Of a DNA stretch of 32,000 nt, positions 17,606 to 24,061 are shown in pieces. The translations under genes and the position numbers were made by a program. Positions within the stretch are counted from its first letter, which is position 1. Every line of letters starts with the position of its first letter. The notes under the pieces are model-generated. The model was not told the origin of the DNA. It was given only the letters and a program-made list of their open reading frames with translations, and searched no databases. Origin of the DNA: Flavobacteriaceae bacterium (lineage in GTDB: Bacteria > Bacteroidota > Bacteroidia > Flavobacteriales > Flavobacteriaceae); the NCBI GenBank assembly GCA_965224465.1, contig OZ245049.1, forward strand, positions 4,740,001 through 4,772,000. Reading direction: 5' to 3'.

Positions 17606-18301
17606 ATGGCAAAAATTAAAAAGCGTTTTGGTAAATGGGGAGGTTATTTGCCACATTGTATTGATGGACGACCTACAATAGATATAAAAAAAGAAGAAAT
17701 GGATGGAGAATATTATATTAAAGCTAATGATGAGTTTTTTATAATGAATAATGATTTATTTGGTAATATATATCTATATATAGGGTTAGCCCTTTATTTC
17801 TTTATGTTATTAACAATAGCAATAAGACTTTCTGCAGATAAAGATGTTGGTTTTATTTTTTTATTTTTTTTATTTTCTTTTGGAACATTATCTATCATAT
17901 ATAATTATACAGCTCCAGTAAAAAAGATTATTTTAGATAGACTCAATGGGATCGTTACTTTTCCCAACTTTTTATGGGGCAAACCTATTTGCATGCCTTT
18001 TAAAGATATGTTGGTAGCATGGTCAGTAAAAAATTCAGGAATCAACCCTTCAGGACCTTCGCTTTCTGCTTTTCATCCCAACGGTTTTTTTAGCACCGAT
18101 ATTATGGGGGCAGATGTGTTGGAAGATTGGTATTTTATAGTATGGTATATGGATAAAAACCGTCCTTTACCTCCGGGTACTGCTTTTGATGAATATCGTG
18201 AGAAAGATTATCTGCGAAGAAAATCTGAAGGCTTTCCAGAAGGGTTATATCCTTGTAGTATTCATATTCCAGAATACAAGCCTTCAAAAAAAAGAAAGTA
18301 A
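17606..18301 (+). CDS. 2-TM membrane protein, candidate immunity partner (copy 1)
   Basis: 231-aa ORF with two hydrophobic helices (~IYLYIGLALYFFMLLTIAI and GFIFLFFLFSFGTLSII). Conserved C-terminal motifs GIVTFPNFLWGK, WYMDKNRPLPPG, RRKSEGFP and PCS are shared with the split gene 19265../22413... It starts 4 nt after the restored stop of the upstream gene. Confidence 0.6.
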   Translation: MAKIKKRFGKWGGYLPHCIDGRPTIDIKKEEMDGEYYIKANDEFFIMNNDLFGNIYLYIGLALYFFMLLTIAIRLSADKDVGFIFLFFLFSFGTLSIIYNYTAPVKKIILDRLNGIVTFPNFLWGKPICMPFKDMLVAWSVKNSGINPSGPSLSAFHPNGFFSTDIMGADVLEDWYFIVWYMDKNRPLPPGTAFDEYREKDYLRRKSEGFPEGLYPCSIHIPEYKPSKKRK

Positions 18302-18407
18302 AAAACAAAGAATTGTAACTCTTATTAATTAGAAAATAATATGATAACTATTAAGAATTGTTAGTGTCTTTAATAAACGTGATGTTGATGCCAGTATTGC
18401 TTGGGGA

Positions 18408-19271
18408 TTGGCAGGTGTTGCTTTTACAGTAAGTACTGCGGCAGGTATTTGGGGAGGAACTGTTTTTTTATTATCAGGGCCTGTAGGTTGGATTGCCTTA
18501 GGGATTGGTTTAATAGGAGTGGTTTTAGCAAATGTTTTTATAGACACAGACTTGGAATTCTATTTTAAACACTTTTTATTATCCGATCATAAAAAATTAC
18601 CTATTGGTAATAACAGTCCTATGGCATACAACCGTCTTGTCTATAAAAGTATTGAGACTTTAGTAGAGAGTGAGGATGACGACATTAAAAATAGCCTAAT
18701 GTATCCTGAGGATGCTATTGCTAGTTTACACGATCTTACGGTATGTACCAGCATTAATTACTATGTAGAAAACATGAAAATGAAATTTGCAGGCAGACGT
18801 GGTAGAAGTACGGGGTATTATGTAAGTAGTTTTGGTATTACTATGAATTTTAATCATTTTTTATACGATGTAAATCAATTAGAAGCAAAAGGTATGATAG
18901 TGCGTCATACCTGGGTTAATAGTATTGGAAGTAATGCCGAAGAATTTAATTTAATATTAAAAGATGCCAAAATAATAAGCATGAAAAATGGACAACAACA
19001 ACTTTTAGTAATTGTAGCAATACCTTACGAAAAAAGAAAATTAATAAAAGACGATAAAGATTTAGAAATGGTACTAGCCATACGTGTAAGAATTAATAAA
19101 GAGAAAAACCATTACTTCCCTTACAGACTACTAGACAAACCTGAACGCTATATTGGTGCTAAATTTAAGTTATATAAAAACATATACACTAATTCAGGGG
19201 AAAATAACACAGATAATCAAAATTTAGTTTTTGATACCTTAGCGAACTTAAAACTTGATAAAACATGGTAG
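18408..19271 (+). CDS. Gly-zipper membrane protein with a ~240-aa C-terminal domain of unknown function, toxin candidate (copy 2)
   Basis: The N-terminus GVAFTVSTAAGIWGGTVFLLSGPVGWIALGIGLIGVVLANVFI has GxxxG-type small-residue repeats. The only in-frame start is TTG at 18408, while the frame is open from 18348 (...KRDVDASIAWGLAG). The stop overlaps the next ATG by 7 nt. Confidence 0.55.
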   Translation: MAGVAFTVSTAAGIWGGTVFLLSGPVGWIALGIGLIGVVLANVFIDTDLEFYFKHFLLSDHKKLPIGNNSPMAYNRLVYKSIETLVESEDDDIKNSLMYPEDAIASLHDLTVCTSINYYVENMKMKFAGRRGRSTGYYVSSFGITMNFNHFLYDVNQLEAKGMIVRHTWVNSIGSNAEEFNLILKDAKIISMKNGQQQLLVIVAIPYEKRKLIKDDKDLEMVLAIRVRINKEKNHYFPYRLLDKPERYIGAKFKLYKNIYTNSGENNTDNQNLVFDTLANLKLDKTW

Positions 19272-19686
19272 ATGCGACTTTTAATTACAAACGCCCTATA
19301 ACCCATACCCAATACAAACATGGAGATAAAGAAACCAAAAAAGGAGGATTTAGCAGAATGCTGACTATGCGTATAACAGATGACATGCATGTTATGAAAA
19401 AAAGTGATGTAGGTACTAAAGGGGGCTTTCCTTTTGCTACAGATGTTTTTTTAAAATGCCCTGTTGTTCCTAAGATAATGCCTTTATGGTTGGGTAGCGT
19501 ATTTTTATTTTTATTTTGTATTTATGTATATCTTACACCAAGTGACAAAGACAATGGCGATTATATATTATTTTATTTAATAACTTTTCTTTCTTTTCTA
19601 GGATTTTTGTTTTTTGCAACCTATTATTTTACGATGCCAACAAAAGAGCTTATTTTTAATAGAGCGGACGGTTTGGTTACTTTTCC
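19265..19686 (+). pseudogene. 5' part of 2-TM membrane protein copy 2, interrupted by IS66
   Basis: Two hydrophobic helices, then ...KELIFNRADGLVTFP at the insertion point. The listed ORF tail YPSDHPHIF* is read from the IS66 left end. Confidence 0.75.
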
Positions 19687-19744
19687 GTATCCGTCCGACC
19701 ATCCCCATATTTTTTAGTGGAAAAATAGCTTCTATTTTTGACGC

Positions 19745-20053
19745 ATGAGAAAAAACGAAGAAAAACGAGCCTATATGACAGCTGTTGTTTCCGATTGGAA
19801 GTTGAGTGATTTAACCTTGGAAGATTATTGTAAAAGTCATAAAATTACACTTTGTAAATTTAGGTACTGGAATAAGAAATTGACCTCCAAAAATGCCAGT
19901 GGATTTTCAAAGGTTGAACTTATTGATGCTCCTATTGAAAACAGCAGAAATTCTATTTTAGATAGTTTTAAAATCGAGTATCCAACAGGTGTAAATTTGG
20001 TCATTAACAAAGAGATTACACTTATCGATTTACAAAATTTAATTCATTTGTAA
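19745..20053 (+). CDS. tnpA: IS66 accessory protein TnpA (orf1)
   Basis: 102-aa first ORF of the IS66 unit, abutting tnpB (stop at 20053, next ATG at 20055). Confidence 0.75.
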   Translation: MRKNEEKRAYMTAVVSDWKLSDLTLEDYCKSHKITLCKFRYWNKKLTSKNASGFSKVELIDAPIENSRNSILDSFKIEYPTGVNLVINKEITLIDLQNLIHL

Positions 20054-20054
20054 T

Positions 20055-20396
20055 ATGCTAAATCTTTCAAGTGAACTTGATTTTCATCTGTACCTAGAAC
20101 CCACAGATATGCGTAAAGGATTTAATGGTTTGTCAGGTGTTATCCGTAATAATTTAGAAGAGGATCCTAGTAATGGAGCTGTTTTTATCTTCATAAATAA
20201 ACCTCGAAACAAAATAAAACTATTGCATTGGCAAGCAGGTGGATTTGTACTGTATTATAAACGATTGGAACGAGGTACTTTTGAACTTCCGGTGTATGAT
20301 AATCTGAAAGGAAGTATACAAATGAAATACAGCCAAATGGTGATGCTTCTTGATGGACTGTCTATAAAAAACATCCAACAAAGGAAACGTTATTAA
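20055..20396 (+). CDS. tnpB: IS66 accessory protein TnpB (orf2)
   Basis: 113 aa with the characteristic pattern PTDMRKGFNGLSGVI...GAVFIFINKPRNKIKLLHWQAGGFVLYYKRLERGTF. Confidence 0.85.
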   Translation: MLNLSSELDFHLYLEPTDMRKGFNGLSGVIRNNLEEDPSNGAVFIFINKPRNKIKLLHWQAGGFVLYYKRLERGTFELPVYDNLKGSIQMKYSQMVMLLDGLSIKNIQQRKRY

Positions 20397-20464
20397 TGTC
20401 TTTTTACAGGTAAAAAACCTAATAAAACCAGGCTGTTCATGTATATTTTTCGTATATTTAATGT

Positions 20465-22150
20465 ATGGAAAAAGACTTAGAACAGCTATCAAAAAAAGCA
20501 CTTATAGCCCTATTACAGGAGGCTAATTCTAAGTCAGATTTACTTATCAAAAAGACAAATTCTCTTAGCTCAAAGAATGAGTTACTTAATACAAAGACAA
20601 GTTCTCTTAGCGCAAAGAATGAGTTACTTACTATAAAGACAAAAGACGTTACTTTACAAAAGGCTATCCTAGAAGCTCAATATAAAGAATTAGAGACAAA
20701 ATACGGATATGGACAATTTCAATTAGAGCAATTACGTCGTATGATTTTTGGGACAAAACGTGAGCGTTTTATAATGGCTAATAACCCTTTTCAAATGCAA
20801 CTCCCTTTCGAAGTTTTAAAAGAGATGCCCCAGGAAGAAGAAGCTCCTGTAAACATTACATATCAACGTAAAAAGGCTAAAAAAAGAACGATTGGAAGTT
20901 TAAATCTCCCCAGTCATTTACCTGTTGAAATTATTAATTTAGAGCCTAAAGAGACTATAGAGAACCGAATAAAAATAGGTGAAGAAATTACAGATAAATT
21001 AGAACTTGTACCCACAAAGCTATACATAAAACGATATGTCAGACCAAAATACGCCTTAAAAAAGAAAGTACAAGACACATTGATTGACAATGGAAACCCT
21101 TTAGGTATTAAGACCGTTATTATGGCTGATTTACCAAGTTTTGCTATTGAAAAATCTGTAGCATCAAACAGCCTGCTAGCACAGCTATTGATTGATAAAT
21201 TCTTAGATCACTTACCGTATTATCGACAGATAGAACGTTTTAAACGAGAAGGAATCTCTATAAGTTCATCTACAATAAATGGATGGCAAAACAGCTTAGG
21301 ACACTTACTTAAGCCGCTGTATCAGGCTATGAAAAACACGGTGCTGTCACAAGGATATGTACAGGCCGATGAATCAACTATTCCAGTGCTAGACAAACAG
21401 AAAAAAGGAAAAACTCATACTGGATATCATTGGGTGTACTATTCACCCATACAAAAAATGGTATTGTTTGATTATCGTCCCTCTAGATCTAAACATGGAC
21501 CTAGAGAAATGCTTAAAAACTTTAAAGGGTATTTACAAACAGATGGCTACGCTGTATATGATGAATTTGCACATAAAAAAGATGTCACTTTAGTAGGGTG
21601 TATGGCACATGCACGTCGTTATTTTGAGAAAGCACTAGACTATGACAAAGTAAAAGCGAGTCATGCGATGGTACTCATTCAACAATTATATGCCATTGAG
21701 CGACATTGTAAAAAACAGGAATTTACTCCTGAGCAACGGCATGCTTATCGCCTAGATAAAGCACAACCAATAATGGATACATTTATAAAATGGTTGATCC
21801 ATAACACCCAAGGAAGCTTACCGAAAAGTCCACTAGGAAAAGCAATTACTTATACATTAAAACGATGGGACTACTTAAAAGCCTACCTGTATGACGGTAC
21901 TTTAGAACTAGATAATAACCTAGTAGAAGGATCTATCAGAACATTAGCTATTGGACGTAAAAATTATTTATTTGCAGGTAGCCATGATGCTGCAAAAAAT
22001 GCAGCGATGTTCTATTCCTTTTTTGGGACTTGTAAAAAACACCAAGTAAACCCCTATAAATGGATGAAAAAAATACTGGATATAATCCCTGATTACAATG
22101 CTCAAAAATTAAGTGAGCTATTTCCACAAAATTTAAACCTCGATCAATAA
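20465..22150 (+). CDS. tnpC: IS66-family DDE transposase TnpC
   Basis: 561 aa. N-terminal coiled coil, LRRMIFGTKRERF, LPYYRQIERFKREGISIS, ADESTIPVL, LQTDGYAVYD, GCMAHARRYF and DNNLVEGSIRTLAIGRKNYLFAGS are all typical IS66 TnpC blocks. Confidence 0.9.
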   Translation: MEKDLEQLSKKALIALLQEANSKSDLLIKKTNSLSSKNELLNTKTSSLSAKNELLTIKTKDVTLQKAILEAQYKELETKYGYGQFQLEQLRRMIFGTKRERFIMANNPFQMQLPFEVLKEMPQEEEAPVNITYQRKKAKKRTIGSLNLPSHLPVEIINLEPKETIENRIKIGEEITDKLELVPTKLYIKRYVRPKYALKKKVQDTLIDNGNPLGIKTVIMADLPSFAIEKSVASNSLLAQLLIDKFLDHLPYYRQIERFKREGISISSSTINGWQNSLGHLLKPLYQAMKNTVLSQGYVQADESTIPVLDKQKKGKTHTGYHWVYYSPIQKMVLFDYRPSRSKHGPREMLKNFKGYLQTDGYAVYDEFAHKKDVTLVGCMAHARRYFEKALDYDKVKASHAMVLIQQLYAIERHCKKQEFTPEQRHAYRLDKAQPIMDTFIKWLIHNTQGSLPKSPLGKAITYTLKRWDYLKAYLYDGTLELDNNLVEGSIRTLAIGRKNYLFAGSHDAAKNAAMFYSFFGTCKKHQVNPYKWMKKILDIIPDYNAQKLSELFPQNLNLDQ

Positions 22151-22164
22151 ATCGAGGTTTTTTT
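22135..22164 (+). terminator. Hairpin + T-run spanning the tnpC stop, inside the IS66 right end
   Basis: Stem cctcgat (22138..22144) / atcgagg (22151..22157), loop caataa, followed by ttttttt. The same structure recurs in the solo right-end copy, ending near 22365. Confidence 0.6.
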
Positions 22165-22205
22165 ATGTATTTTTAATTCCTATACGTACTTCGTCGGACG
22201 GATAC

Positions 22206-22404
22206 TGTTCTATTCCTTTTTTGGGACTTGTAAAAAACACCAAGTAAACCCCTATAAATGGCTGAAAAAAGTACTGGATATAATTCCTGATTACAATGCG
22301 CTAAAATTAAATGAGCTATTTCCACAAAATTTAAACCTCGATCAATAAAATCGAGGTTTTTTTATGTATTATTAATTCCTATACGTACTTCGTCGGACGG
22401 ATAC
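22206..22404 (+). mobile_element. Solo 3' end (~199 bp) of a second, slightly diverged IS66 copy, directly abutting the complete element
   Basis: 22206..22404 parallels 22009..22205 with a few substitutions (KWM>KWL, KI>KV, AQKLSE>ALKLNE) and one extra A. It ends in the same IR gtcggacggatac (22392..22404). Confidence 0.85.
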
Positions 22405-22412
22405 ACTTTTCC

Positions 22413-22773
22413 TGGGTTTATGTGGTGTAAAAACATAACGATGCCTATACATAAGATAATATTTTCTATGTCATCACCTAGTATTCAGGGAGGAGGTGCT
22501 TATATGTTGCAAATTGTACGACCAGACAGGACGTATTCCTTGTATTTATGTACAAGGGGCTATAGTTGTTATGAAGATTTATCATCTTATTTATGGTATA
22601 TGGATAAGAATAGACCATTACCTACGGGGGAAGGTTTTGATCCGTGTCGTTTACAAGATTTTGAACGTAGAAAATCTGAGGGTTTCCCTAAGCCATTATT
22701 TCCTTGTAGTTTTGAAACTCCAGAAGCTACGCTTGAACAACAGGCAGAACGTGAGCGTATTGGCGGTTGGTAA
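22413..22773 (+). pseudogene. 3' part of 2-TM membrane protein copy 2
   Basis: Joining 19686 to 22413 (one copy of the 8-bp duplication removed) reads ...GLVTFPGFMWCKNITMP...YLWYMDKNRPLPTGEGF...RRKSEGFPKPLFPCSFETPE... in frame. This is colinear with 17606..18301. Confidence 0.75.
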
Positions 22774-22800
22774 AAGTTGATAGCGCAAAGCAATGCATTC

Positions 22801-22821
22801 GCGCGGATTTAAAATCCGCGC
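22801..22821. other. GC-rich hairpin just downstream of 22773
   Basis: gcgcgga tttaaaa tccgcgc: a 7-bp perfect stem with a 7-nt loop. No T-run follows, so it is not a canonical terminator. Confidence 0.5.
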
Positions 22822-23179
22822 CAGTAACTGAGTGTCTGCTAGGAATGTTTCGCGGAAAGGTTTACGGAAAAAGGTGATTTATGTATCATTAGTAAATACA
22901 GATGATGTAGTAGATGAGAATGCGCACTGGTTTGAAACCTGTGATTGAGTTTCCGATGCTGCCTTGGATGTTTTTCCGGTCTATCGAAGCAGCGCTACTG
23001 CACAATTGTATTGTATAGCGTCTACGAGTAAACCATGCAATTATTTTTATTATGTAATATTGGAATGTGTAAGAAGAGTCATGTTAAATACTCTTAATCT
23101 ACTACGGTCACACGACACAATCGTTTGAGAGCGAAGGATTCTACGGTTTTATAGCTGTACTTTTATTCGTGTAGATTAT

Positions 23180-24061
23180 TTATTTCCAAATATTAGAATC
23201 ATCTAAATTTTTTACATCCTTACGTTTTAAGAAACCCGAAGTTATAACTTTACCATCAAAATATACTTGTACTCCTTTATCTCCCATACTTTCTAGGTAA
23301 GCAATATCTCCCTTTACTAAAAAGGCTTTTCTTATTTTTTTTAACTCGTAATCGCTATAAAAATAAGTTTTATCTGCTATTACTTTTATTTTTTTAGAAA
23401 ACCCTATTATATTATATTCTTTTATATAATCTTTTTTGTCTTTTTTTGATTGTTTTTTGATAAAACTAAATACAACATTATTAAGGACATCTTTTTTATA
23501 AAATGTAGCCGTTGTGTCCTGTATATCAAACCTTCCATAGTAAATTGTTTCGTACATGTAATTTGACGACAGTGTTGTTTTGTAAGATTTTAAATCTGAT
23601 CTATATAGCTGGTTTTCATCAAAACGTATTTTGGTTAATAAATTATCGTTTATTTTTTTATTTGCATAAATCAGGTATTTGCCTTGATTTTTTAAATCAT
23701 TTGTTTTAAGGTTTTTAATAGGTATTTTTATTTTATTTATAAAACCAATATAACCAAACTCTAAGTGTGTAAAATCATTAACTCCATCACAAACTCCTTC
23801 AACACATATAATTTCTAGTACTTTATTATTATTAATAACCCTATATGCTTTTGTCATATTAATATCTTTTTCTCCATTCCAAATACCTTGTATCAATTCT
23901 AAATCAAAGGTGTTTTCAGATTCAGTGTTTGTATTTATAATAGAATCTTTTTTCTTCTCTATAACTATTTCTTCTGTAAGTAGTTTTTTATGTACTTTAT
24001 TATTACACGATACTGCTAACAGTAAAATTGTGAAAAGTATTATTTTATTTTTCATCTTCAT
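23180..24061 (-). CDS. Lipoprotein, candidate immunity protein for the LysM/GH19-like effector
   Basis: 293-aa ORF overlapping the upstream stop by 17 nt. Signal peptide with lipobox AVSC then NNK. Confidence 0.6.
   Translation of the reverse strand: MKMKNKIILFTILLLAVSCNNKVHKKLLTEEIVIEKKKDSIINTNTESENTFDLELIQGIWNGEKDINMTKAYRVINNNKVLEIICVEGVCDGVNDFTHLEFGYIGFINKIKIPIKNLKTNDLKNQGKYLIYANKKINDNLLTKIRFDENQLYRSDLKSYKTTLSSNYMYETIYYGRFDIQDTTATFYKKDVLNNVVFSFIKKQSKKDKKDYIKEYNIIGFSKKIKVIADKTYFYSDYELKKIRKAFLVKGDIAYLESMGDKGVQVYFDGKVITSGFLKRKDVKNLDDSNIWK

Larger units (their letters stand above)
19687..22205 (+). mobile_element. Complete IS66-family insertion sequence (tnpA-tnpB-tnpC, 2519 bp)
   Basis: Perfect 13-bp terminal inverted repeats: gtatccgtccgac (19687..19699) and gtcggacggatac (22193..22205). 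It has the three-ORF organisation typical of IS66. Confidence 0.9.

Noticed and set aside
20551-20634. 42-bp tandem duplication (aaagacaa.ttctcttagc.caaagaatgagttactta...)
   Set aside because: It lies in frame inside IS66 tnpC and encodes KTNSLSSKNELLNT / KTSSLSAKNELLTI of the N-terminal coiled coil. It is not a CRISPR, iteron or regulatory repeat.
22801-22943. tRNA or att site downstream of 22773
   Set aside because: The hairpins do not assemble into a cloverleaf: there is no acceptor stem or T-loop GTTC-type motif, and no integrase is nearby.
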